From: Myxococcota bacterium
GTDB lineage: Bacteria; Myxococcota_A; Polyangia; Nannocystales; Nannocystaceae
Assembly (NCBI GenBank): GCA_039028615.1
Contig: JBCCHT010000021.1
Location: 96,001-160,000, forward strand
Length of the DNA: 64,000 nucleotides
Reading direction: 5' to 3'
The translations under genes were made by a program, and so were the position numbers. This document shows positions 48,690 through 57,054 of this stretch, piece by piece. Under the pieces are notes generated by a model. The model was given only the letters and a program-made list of their open reading frames with translations, had not been told where the DNA came from and did no database searches. Each line of letters starts with the position of its first letter. Position 1 is the first letter of the stretch.

Positions 48690-49481
48690 TCAGAGCCCGG
48701 ATACCAGGCGCAGCTCGCAGTCACCCGTCGCGCCCAGGCCCTCGAGGCGCACGACGCCTCGGTCGTCGCTCTGACATTCGTGCACGGAGCCATCCGGTGC
48801 CACGACTTCGCAGGCTTGGTTGGCGACGGGCTCTCGGTCGGGATCGAGCAGGACGCACTCGAACCAGTCGTCGGTGGCTTCGAGCGGCGGCGCAACATCG
48901 GCCGAAGGCGAGAGCGCGGGCTGGTGGGTCAGCGGCGTGATGCGGTACTCGCCGCCACGGGGCAGTTCGTCGTAACGGATGAGCCCATCGTCGTCGGTTC
49001 GGGTGACGAAGGGCGGGGCATCGGGAGGCTCGACGAGGCAGCGCTGCCCCGCGATGGGGTTGCCGTCCTCGTCCTCGAGCCGACACTCGAAAAAGTGCAG
49101 GGTGGGGGCCGGAGTCTCCGCGGCGCGCAGCGGCGTGGCGGGATCTCCCGCCGTCAGGTCTCGTAGGTCGACCGCGTCCTCGATGATCGGGGTGAAGCTC
49201 ACTCGCGATCGAGGTCGCCGATGGATCGAGATACGGGAACAGGCGCCGCAGCCGTCGAGGAGCCGTTCGATGATCCGGGAATCGACACTGCGCAGCCGGC
49301 TGCCCCACGCGAAGAGGCTGCATAGGCGCTCCAGCTGACGATGGTCACGGGCCCGCCATAGCTCGTCGACCAGCGCGCGCTGCTCGCGAGCGCTCAGCGC
49401 GGGGACCCAAGCCGACTCGGGATGAGGAGGAGTGCGAGCCTCGTAGAGGTTCCCGTCGTGGCTCAGCTCGATCGTGGTCAT
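48690..49481 (-). CDS. Protein with two transthyretin-like/carboxypeptidase-regulatory-like repeats
   Basis: 'FECRLEDEDGNPIAGQ...TDDDG' and 'FECVLLDPDREPVANQ...SDDRG'. Confidence 0.65.
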   Translation of the reverse strand: MTTIELSHDGNLYEARTPPHPESAWVPALSAREQRALVDELWRARDHRQLERLCSLFAWGSRLRSVDSRIIERLLDGCGACSRISIHRRPRSRVSFTPIIEDAVDLRDLTAGDPATPLRAAETPAPTLHFFECRLEDEDGNPIAGQRCLVEPPDAPPFVTRTDDDGLIRYDELPRGGEYRITPLTHQPALSPSADVAPPLEATDDWFECVLLDPDREPVANQACEVVAPDGSVHECQSDDRGVVRLEGLGATGDCELRLVSGL

Positions 49482-49660
49482 TGGCAATCAACCCTCCCGT
49501 GGTGCGACCTCGTTCGAAAGAGGTCCCCAGCCGGGGCCTTCGGATCACGATCGCCGATCAGTGATCCACTCATGGCCTTGGGGGACCTCAACAGAGGGTC
49601 GGTCGCAGGTGGGAGCCCGGGCCGCGAAAGGTGACAGTCCGATGCAGGAGCAAACGCGCC

Positions 49661-50902
49661 ATGTTGGGTGAGACCGCCGTCGTGGGTCGAGTCGAGGGCG
49701 GCTGGGAATCGACCACACTGTCCACGGGAGCCTCCCACACGTTGATCCTGAAGCGGCGGGTCGCAGAGCGAATCCGGGTCACGGGGATGTTCTTCGAGAC
49801 CGAAAAGAGCTTCGTGCTGCCGGGGGCGCTGGCGGGCTTGCAGAGGCTGGTGACCCTCTCCGACGCGGGTTCCGCCAAGGAGATCGTGGTGGTCGGTCAC
49901 ACCGACGCCAGTGGGTCGAGGTCCTACAACCTGCAGCTGTCGCTCCAGCGCGCACGCAGTATGGCCGCGTATCTGCGCGACGACGTGGACGCATGGCTGG
50001 ACAACTATTCGCTGTCCGATGCGGACGAGCGCTGGGGGAGCCGCGAGGATTCCCTGATGCTCGGGGCCTTGCCGATGTCTCGGTCCACGCCCTACCTGGA
50101 CGACACCACCGAGCTCCACGATGCTGCGGCCGAGTTTCAGCGGGACGCCGGCCTCGAGCCGACGGGGATGATCGACGAGCCGACGCGGCGCGCCTTGATC
50201 GAGGCCTACATGGGTCTGGATGGAACGACGCTACCCGAGCCCGTTCGCGTGCTCTGCCATGGGTGCGGCGAGTTCTTTCCGACCGAAGACTCCACGGGTC
50301 CCACCGATCCTCGCGACCGCCGGGTGGAGCTGTTTTGCTTCGACCGCGCCATCGATCCCGAGCCGCCTTCGGAGGCGCCGAGCAAGGCGGACTCGCCGTA
50401 TCCGAAGTGGCTCGGCGCGGTCTCGAAGACTCACGAGCTGTCGGTCGACGGCGAGGGGGACGAGCTGCGCCTGACGCTTCTCGACGACGGCGGGGAGCCG
50501 ATGCCGGGTGCACCCTTCGTCGTGCGCTTCGCCGGCTCGATGCCGTTCGTGGGACATGCCGACGGCGAGGGCGTGGCCCATATCCCGACGCCGGCCATCT
50601 GCTCGGAGGACGTGGCCGTGAGCTGGGGAGGGCCCGGGGCGCAAGAGGGCCACGCGTATCACCGCCGGATCTTCGTCGACTGTGATGCTGGCGACGAGCC
50701 AGCGAAGATCGAGCGCAAGCTCCACAACCTCGGGTTCTCGCCCGACCTGGGGCTCGATGCTGCGGTACGGGCGTTCCAGCGCGAGCATGAGGTCGACGAT
50801 GAACCGGTACCCGTGGGTGCTCCGCAGGGGCAGCTCCCCGCGGGGACGGCTGCTCGTCTCGACGAGGTCTTCGACGAACTGTCTCGCGAACAGGTGGGAT
50901 GA
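49661..50902 (+). CDS. OmpA-like C-terminal domain protein with peptidoglycan-binding domains and TTR-like segment
   Basis: AGGAG RBS; 'VVGHTDASG...NLQLSLQRA', 'RRVEL'; 'FQRDAGLEPTG.ID..T' and 'AVRAFQ' PG-binding motifs; no signal peptide. Confidence 0.75.
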   Translation: MLGETAVVGRVEGGWESTTLSTGASHTLILKRRVAERIRVTGMFFETEKSFVLPGALAGLQRLVTLSDAGSAKEIVVVGHTDASGSRSYNLQLSLQRARSMAAYLRDDVDAWLDNYSLSDADERWGSREDSLMLGALPMSRSTPYLDDTTELHDAAAEFQRDAGLEPTGMIDEPTRRALIEAYMGLDGTTLPEPVRVLCHGCGEFFPTEDSTGPTDPRDRRVELFCFDRAIDPEPPSEAPSKADSPYPKWLGAVSKTHELSVDGEGDELRLTLLDDGGEPMPGAPFVVRFAGSMPFVGHADGEGVAHIPTPAICSEDVAVSWGGPGAQEGHAYHRRIFVDCDAGDEPAKIERKLHNLGFSPDLGLDAAVRAFQREHEVDDEPVPVGAPQGQLPAGTAARLDEVFDELSREQVG

Positions 50903-50927
50903 CGGCGGGCCTCGATGGGACTCGTGC

Positions 50928-51311
50928 CTACGGTGGGCTCGCGCCCGCCTTGCTGCGGCGAGCGATGTTCTTCGCGGTACCGGAGCGCTCGCGGCCGGGT
51001 CGCACCCACGCGATGTCGCGGTCCGAGGCGGCCGTGAGCGCTCGGTCCCGCTCGGCGTCCGATTCAAAGCCACCTCGGGTCGGGAATGCCCCGTGGTTGT
51101 TCCGCGGAGCCGTGAACATGTGAAAGACGGTCACTCGCTCGGCGGCCCGGGTGCTGAGGTAGGCCTGCGCCTTCGCATCGGCCCCGCGTGCGTCACCGAC
51201 CACGAAGCGCGCGTCGGAGTCCGCGAGGGCCTCCGTGATCGAGGGGACGTAGTGGGCCTCGAACTCCGCGTCGGTGAGATCGAGGTGACCGCTGACGAAG
51301 AACGTGGGCAT
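50928..51311 (-). CDS. Small SLOG (YspA/DUF2493-like) protein
   Basis: 'FVSGHLD', 'VGDARGAD', 'RD..L', 'SGTAKN' SLOG-like motifs. Confidence 0.65.
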   Translation of the reverse strand: MPTFFVSGHLDLTDAEFEAHYVPSITEALADSDARFVVGDARGADAKAQAYLSTRAAERVTVFHMFTAPRNNHGAFPTRGGFESDAERDRALTAASDRDIAWVRPGRERSGTAKNIARRSKAGASPP

Positions 51312-51643
51312 CGATCATCGATACCACGAATCAACCGCGGGGCCCGGTACGGAAGTCCGCGCCTCCGACCGACATGTCGCCGATTCCGTAGCGCCGTGGG
51401 GGTGGAGCTGGATCCAGGATCTTCGCCAGGGGTTCTTAATTCTGTTGGTCGACGGTTGTTCCCCCGAGTGTGCGTGGATGTTGCTCGAGCGCCGTTGTTC
51501 CCACTTCGGACCCTCGAAAGCTCGAGTTAAGCCACCTGTTCCTCCAGAGCATGGTTTGACATGGCTCGGGGGGTTGGTACGCCACAGACTACGAGCCAGA
51601 CATTCATCCTGTCTTGGTTCCACCCTCGTTCAACGGCTCGTCG

Positions 51644-53065
51644 ATGTCGCCGACCATCGCCCTGCTACTCGCTGCCCTCGCGGCGCCCCCTGCCTCGTCG
51701 GACGTCGAGGACCCGACGCCGGAGGCCCCGCGGGATCCGTGGCTGCAGCGCTGGCCCGCGGAGCGAAACATCGGCACGCTCGACGTCTTCGGTGGGCTCA
51801 TGGTGATGCGTCCGCAGCTCGAGCTGTTCGAGCCGGATCCCGCCGCCGTCGACCAGGGGTACGTGCCTCTACGTAGTGTGGCGCCCGAAATCGGTGCTCG
51901 CGTCGGCTTCTTCCCGGGACGGGTCGTGGGGCTGGAGCTGGAGGGGTCTTTGATGCCCACTCGCACGACGACCCGACGGTCCGCGCTGGTATGGGCAGTA
52001 CGGGGTAACGTGCTCTTGCAGCTGCCCACGTACTCCCTCACGCCCTTCGCCGTCGTCGGTCCGTCGCTGCTCGGGGTTGCATCGGGCGAAGGCGCGGTGG
52101 GGCACGACCAGGACTTCGGCGTGCATTTCGGCGTGGGGCTCAGGGCCCAGCTCAACCGCCACCTCGGACTGCGGCTCGACATTCGCGACACGCTCACCTC
52201 CCGGCGAGGCCTGGACGCTGGCTTCGCCCATACCCCCGAGGTCTTGCTGAGTGTGTCGGTCTCCCTGGGGCGCTCGCCCAGCCTGACCCCGCTGCCGACG
52301 TCCGGGCGCACGCGAGACGATGTCGATGGTGACGGCGTGCCGAACGAGGTCGATGCCTGCCCTTCGGTGGGCGGCTACGAGCAGTATCGTGGGTGCCTGG
52401 ACGACCCCCTCGGCGACCGTGACGGTGACGGCGTCGTCGATGCGGAGGACTTGTGTGTCGATACCCCGGGCGAACCAGACATCGGCTGTCCGTACATCCA
52501 CGAGGCCTATGACATGGACGGGGACGGCATCGACAACGAGTCCGATCGTTGTCCCTCGATCGCGGGGCTATCCCAGTACCAAGGCTGCCCGGATACCGAT
52601 GGCGACGGAATCCACGACCTCGACGACGAGTGCGCCGATCAGAGCGAGAACTACAACGGCTTCGCCGATGACGATGGCTGCCCCGACCAGCGACCGTTCG
52701 TTCTTCCGATCAAGCCGCTCTTCTTCGATGACGTCAGCTTCGAGCGAGGCCGACACCGCATCGGCGCCGAGTCGTACCCCGTGCTGGACGATGCCGTGGA
52801 GAAGCTCGAGTCGTTCACCGAGGTCCGGCTGGAGATCCGAGGACACACCGACTCTGCGGGGCGTGAGGAGGACAATCTGCGGATTAGCCTCGAGCGAGCA
52901 CAGGCGGTGAAGGACTACCTGGTCGAGCACGGCATCGAGCCCGAGCGGCTGGAGGTTCGCGGTGTCGGGTCGACTCAGCCGATCGCGAGAAACGACACCG
53001 ACAGAGGGCGTGCGGCCAATCGGCGGGTGGAGCTGAGGATCGTCTCGGCGTCGGATCGTCGGTGA
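51644..53065 (+). CDS. OmpA family outer membrane protein with thrombospondin type-3 repeats
   Basis: Signal peptide, beta-barrel region, DxDGDGxxDxxDxCP repeats, 'GHTDS...N..ISLERA...NRRVE'. Confidence 0.9.
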   Translation: MSPTIALLLAALAAPPASSDVEDPTPEAPRDPWLQRWPAERNIGTLDVFGGLMVMRPQLELFEPDPAAVDQGYVPLRSVAPEIGARVGFFPGRVVGLELEGSLMPTRTTTRRSALVWAVRGNVLLQLPTYSLTPFAVVGPSLLGVASGEGAVGHDQDFGVHFGVGLRAQLNRHLGLRLDIRDTLTSRRGLDAGFAHTPEVLLSVSVSLGRSPSLTPLPTSGRTRDDVDGDGVPNEVDACPSVGGYEQYRGCLDDPLGDRDGDGVVDAEDLCVDTPGEPDIGCPYIHEAYDMDGDGIDNESDRCPSIAGLSQYQGCPDTDGDGIHDLDDECADQSENYNGFADDDGCPDQRPFVLPIKPLFFDDVSFERGRHRIGAESYPVLDDAVEKLESFTEVRLEIRGHTDSAGREEDNLRISLERAQAVKDYLVEHGIEPERLEVRGVGSTQPIARNDTDRGRAANRRVELRIVSASDRR

Positions 53066-53586
53066 GGCGGGCACTGCCTGATCCTCAATCTATCGCATGA
53101 ACTCGGCACGAGCGTTCGTTGCAATTTGGGCCGCGGCGTCGAGCAACGGAGGGTGACGACGATGGCCCCTACACCTACGCCGTGACTCGGGGTTGGCATG
53201 AAGGCGCACCCCCGAGGCTCGCGGTGAAACGACCACTCGCCTCGAGGACGAACCGGATCACAGTTCTGCGTAGGACGTGCTGTTTCATGTCACGTTGAAA
53301 TCTACTCACATGCTCGTCGCTACATTCGCTCGCTTCCGATCGTACGAGTGGTCGTTGGATCGGTCTCGGGGCGTCGCGACGAACGTGAGACCGGCTCGGA
53401 ACACGGTGAGAGGACGCGGCTTCGAGCGAGGTGTCCCGATCGAGTTCTGGCGTTCGGCCGGGTGTTGCTTGGGCTATCATTGGGTGGCTTGGGTCGGAGC
53501 TTGGTAGCCGTCGTCGCGCGTGCGCGAGTCGGAGTCCGGCGGAGCATGGATGCTTGGTCGAAGTTCGAGGCAGGAGGCAAACAACG

Positions 53587-56500
53587 GTGAGATCGGAACA
53601 GACTCGACATGGATGTACCGTCGTCGCGGTGAGCGGCACGCATGGGGTGGCGCTCGCGATGGGGTGGCCGCAGGGACAGACGCAGGACCTGCTGGGGTTC
53701 GCAATCTCGCGTCGTGATGGCGGGGGGGAGCCGACTTGGTTACCGGTGGTCGTGCAGTTCGAGGGTCGGCCGATCGAGACGGGCAAGCTCTACCCGTCGA
53801 ACGAGTCGCCGATTCAGTCGATGGTGTGGAACGACTTCGGGGTCTCGGACGACAAGACCAGCCACGGCCTGCCCCCGGACACCGAATTCACCTATTCGGT
53901 CGCACCCGTGCGCGGGACCCCGGACCAGTTCCAGGTGTGCGAGGACCAAGCGGTCGCGGTCACCGTGCGCACCGAGCCCGAGTACGCCGAGAAGGGAGCC
54001 TCGGTGTTCTTCAACCGCGGGCTGTCCGATTCGCAGGAATACGAGCGCCTATTCGGCGAAGGCCACGTGCCCGATCCAAACAAGCCCGAGGACGCCGAAG
54101 CGATGGCCTGGCTCGCGCGGGGGCTGGATGTCGCCATCATCAAGTTCATCGAAGAGGCCATCGACGACGAGAGCCTGACCCTCGACGCGGCCGTGTATCA
54201 CCTGGACCATCAGGGGGTGATCGATGCGCTGGCCAAGCTCGGCAAGCGTTGTCGGGTGTCGATGGACTGGGGCAGCGAGGAGGAGCACGCCGATCCTCCC
54301 AATACGGGCCCCAACCAGCCGGCCTACGATCGGCTGACGAAGGCGGGGGTGACGGTGCATCAACGCCGGCACGTCGCCATCAGCCACAACAAGTACATGC
54401 TGCTCAAGGGAGCCGACGGCAAGGGCAAGGCGATCCTCACTGGTTCGACCAACTTTACCAACGGAGGCATCAGCACGCAGTCCAACCAGAGCGTGATCGT
54501 GCGCGACCCCGAGGTCGCGGCGGTGTACCTCGAGGACTTCGAGCGCGTGCTGCAGGACGACAACAAGGGGCTGCGCGAGTTCAACGCGCAAGGGGAGGTC
54601 ATCAGCGACTCTCTCGAGGTCTACTTTTCGCCGCACAGCGCCAGCGACACCCCCGATCTCGACCGCTTCAAGGCACTCGCTCGAGACGCCGAGTCGAGCA
54701 TGCTGTTTTTGACCTTCCGAATGACCTCGCACGAAGTGCTCTCGGAGATCTTCAGCCGCGGTGACTCGCAGGACGACGACCTGCTGGTCTTCGGCGTGGC
54801 CGACCGCGTCTATAAAGGCAACGACGGCAGCGGCGACCGCCTGATCTACGACGAGTCCCTGGCGGGCGACCCCCGCGTGGTCTCGGCCGCGGACCCTCTC
54901 GACGACCTCTCGGAGGAACCGGGCGAGGACGTCCTGTACGACGAGCTCAAGCGCGAGGGCTACGACCCGCTGGTCCATCACAAGATCCTGCTGGCGGACT
55001 GGGACAGCCCCGAGTGCACGGTGGTGACGGGCTCGGCGAACTACTCCAACAACTCCAGCAAGAACAACGACGAGAACTCGCTGGTGATCCGCGGAGACCA
55101 GCGGCTGGCACAGCAGTACTTCGTGGAGTTCGCTCGGCTCTATACCCACTGGCGTGGTCGCTGGCTGGAGGAGCGCAACTACAAGCACGAGCATCAGGCG
55201 CTGACGCTCGCCGCTGACTCGAGCTGGACGAAGACCTGGTACTCGGGCAGTCGCAACACCGAGCTGCTGAAGTTGGCGCTCGGGGCGGAGGCATTCGCGC
55301 GGACGATGGAGCCCACACCAGCGGAAAAGGTCGCGCGGGAGGCCGCTCGCAAGGCCGCGGCGCCTCGGATGGAGCACGTCATCGTGCTGATGCTCGAAAA
55401 CCGCTCCTTCGATCACATGATGGGCTTCCTGCCCGGGGTCGAGGGCGTGCTGGGCGACGACGGCAAGGTCGATCCGGCTCGCTACAACTACGCCGATCCG
55501 CTCGACTCGACCTCCGCCAAGTACACGGTGGGCCAGGCGGAGTACTTCGCGATCCCTGCCGACGATCACAAAGACGAATACGGCGGGCCCTCGCACTCCT
55601 ACCCGGCGGCGACCGAGCAGATCTTCGGCCAGAAGTATCAGCAGTCGTCTCCACCGGGGAGCGAGCCGGCGGTGAACAACGGCTTCATCAAGAGCTACAT
55701 CAAGGAGCTGAAGTTCTCGCAGAAGGTCGATGACCCCAAGGCGAAGCATGTCCGGGTGGCGATCGATGCGTTCTCGCCGACGCAGATGCCATCCATCAGC
55801 ACGCTGGCCGAGGAGTTCTGCGTGTGTGACCACTGGTACTCCGAGGTCCCCGGGCCCACGGAACCGAATCGGCTCTTCACCCATGCGGCGACCTCCGAGG
55901 GGCTGACCCACAACGTGTGGGACCACGCGATCCAGTCGCGGACCATCCAGGAGAACTTGGCCGCCAAGGGCCACTCCTGGCGGTTCTACTACCAAGATCT
56001 GAGCGACTCGAATCAGTTCCCTGCGCTCAAGCGGGAGGTGGACCAGGTCCGGCCGTTCGAGAAGCTCTACGAGGACCTCCGAAGTGGGGATCTGCCGGCG
56101 TACTCGTTTCTGTGCCCCCGGTACTCGGACACCGACACGGAGTTCGCCAACTCGCAGCACGCGCCCTACGACGTGCGCTACGGCGAGCACCTCATCGCGG
56201 ACGTGTACGAGGCGGTTCGCCGTAGCCCCAAGTGGAAGAACATCCTGCTCATCGTCACCTACGACGAGCACGGCGGGTTCTATGACCACGTCTACCCGCC
56301 GCGCGATGGCGTCCACAACCCGGATGGCCTGACTTCACCGACGGCCTACGATGCCGAGCTGAACAAGTCCAACCCCGACAAGTACGGCTACCTGATGGGG
56401 GACGACTACAAGTTCACCTTCCAGCGGCTGGGATGTCGGGTTCCCGCGGTGCTCATCTCACCGTGGATCGCCAAGGGCACGGTCGACTCCACTCGCTATC

Positions 56501-57042
56501 AGCACACCTCGATCGCGGCCACGCTCAAGGAGGTCTACGAGCTGCCCGAGTTCCTGACGCGACGGGATGCGCAGGCCAACACGTTCACATCCGTACTCGC
56601 TCGAGCGACGGAAGCCCGCGACGACGCGCCGCTCACCGTGCCGCGGCCGCCGTTGCCGGGGCAGGGGTCGAACGAGGCCGCGCCCGCTCCCGGGACGAAG
56701 CCGCTGGGGGTGCTGCAGCGAGGGGTCTACGCGACGCTGACTCACCTGGACGGTCACCCCGACTCCGGCAAGCCACCGCGCGTGCCCAAGACCCAGGCCG
56801 AGGCATCGGCGTACATCAAGGAGCGCTACGACGCCCACAACGCATTCCACCACGCGCTCGCGAAGAACGGCCGCTTCGAGGTCTACCAGGACAAGGCCGG
56901 GGAGCATCGGTGGCGCCTGCGGGACGGCGCCGGGCAGATCATCGCGAGCTCGGGCGAGGGCATGAAGACCAAGGCCGAGGTCGACGCCGAGATCGAGACC
57001 ATCCGCAACCTGGCGCCGTCGGCCGACCGCGCAGACGTTTGA
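53587..57042 (+). CDS. Fusion of phospholipase D (two HKD domains), phospholipase C/phosphoesterase (PlcH/AcpA family) and DUF1508
   Basis: GGAGG RBS + GTG; HNKYMLLK...GSTN (54385), HHKILLAD...GSAN (54976); 'HVIVLMLENRSFDH', 'GPTEPNR', 'TYDEHGGFYDHV', 'LGCRVP'; C-terminal 'FEVYQDKAGEHRWRL...SGEG'. Confidence 0.88.
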   Translation: MRSEQTRHGCTVVAVSGTHGVALAMGWPQGQTQDLLGFAISRRDGGGEPTWLPVVVQFEGRPIETGKLYPSNESPIQSMVWNDFGVSDDKTSHGLPPDTEFTYSVAPVRGTPDQFQVCEDQAVAVTVRTEPEYAEKGASVFFNRGLSDSQEYERLFGEGHVPDPNKPEDAEAMAWLARGLDVAIIKFIEEAIDDESLTLDAAVYHLDHQGVIDALAKLGKRCRVSMDWGSEEEHADPPNTGPNQPAYDRLTKAGVTVHQRRHVAISHNKYMLLKGADGKGKAILTGSTNFTNGGISTQSNQSVIVRDPEVAAVYLEDFERVLQDDNKGLREFNAQGEVISDSLEVYFSPHSASDTPDLDRFKALARDAESSMLFLTFRMTSHEVLSEIFSRGDSQDDDLLVFGVADRVYKGNDGSGDRLIYDESLAGDPRVVSAADPLDDLSEEPGEDVLYDELKREGYDPLVHHKILLADWDSPECTVVTGSANYSNNSSKNNDENSLVIRGDQRLAQQYFVEFARLYTHWRGRWLEERNYKHEHQALTLAADSSWTKTWYSGSRNTELLKLALGAEAFARTMEPTPAEKVAREAARKAAAPRMEHVIVLMLENRSFDHMMGFLPGVEGVLGDDGKVDPARYNYADPLDSTSAKYTVGQAEYFAIPADDHKDEYGGPSHSYPAATEQIFGQKYQQSSPPGSEPAVNNGFIKSYIKELKFSQKVDDPKAKHVRVAIDAFSPTQMPSISTLAEEFCVCDHWYSEVPGPTEPNRLFTHAATSEGLTHNVWDHAIQSRTIQENLAAKGHSWRFYYQDLSDSNQFPALKREVDQVRPFEKLYEDLRSGDLPAYSFLCPRYSDTDTEFANSQHAPYDVRYGEHLIADVYEAVRRSPKWKNILLIVTYDEHGGFYDHVYPPRDGVHNPDGLTSPTAYDAELNKSNPDKYGYLMGDDYKFTFQRLGCRVPAVLISPWIAKGTVDSTRYQHTSIAATLKEVYELPEFLTRRDAQANTFTSVLARATEARDDAPLTVPRPPLPGQGSNEAAPAPGTKPLGVLQRGVYATLTHLDGHPDSGKPPRVPKTQAEASAYIKERYDAHNAFHHALAKNGRFEVYQDKAGEHRWRLRDGAGQIIASSGEGMKTKAEVDAEIETIRNLAPSADRADV

Positions 57043-57054
57043 GGAGCAGTTTTC

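Noticed and set aside
53186..53216. Hairpin ctcgggg...ccccgag upstream of the phospholipase operon as a riboswitch or ncRNA
   Set aside because: Short GC stem expected by chance; no recognisable family features. An Infernal/Rfam scan would settle it.
53281..53312. Possible FNR/CRP box upstream of the operon
   Set aside because: TTGAAATCTACTCACA matches neither consensus in both half-sites and spacing.
53431..53586. N-terminal extension of the PLD ORF given in the ORF track
   Set aside because: GGAGG RBS before GTG at 53587 is a better start; the extension has atypical composition.
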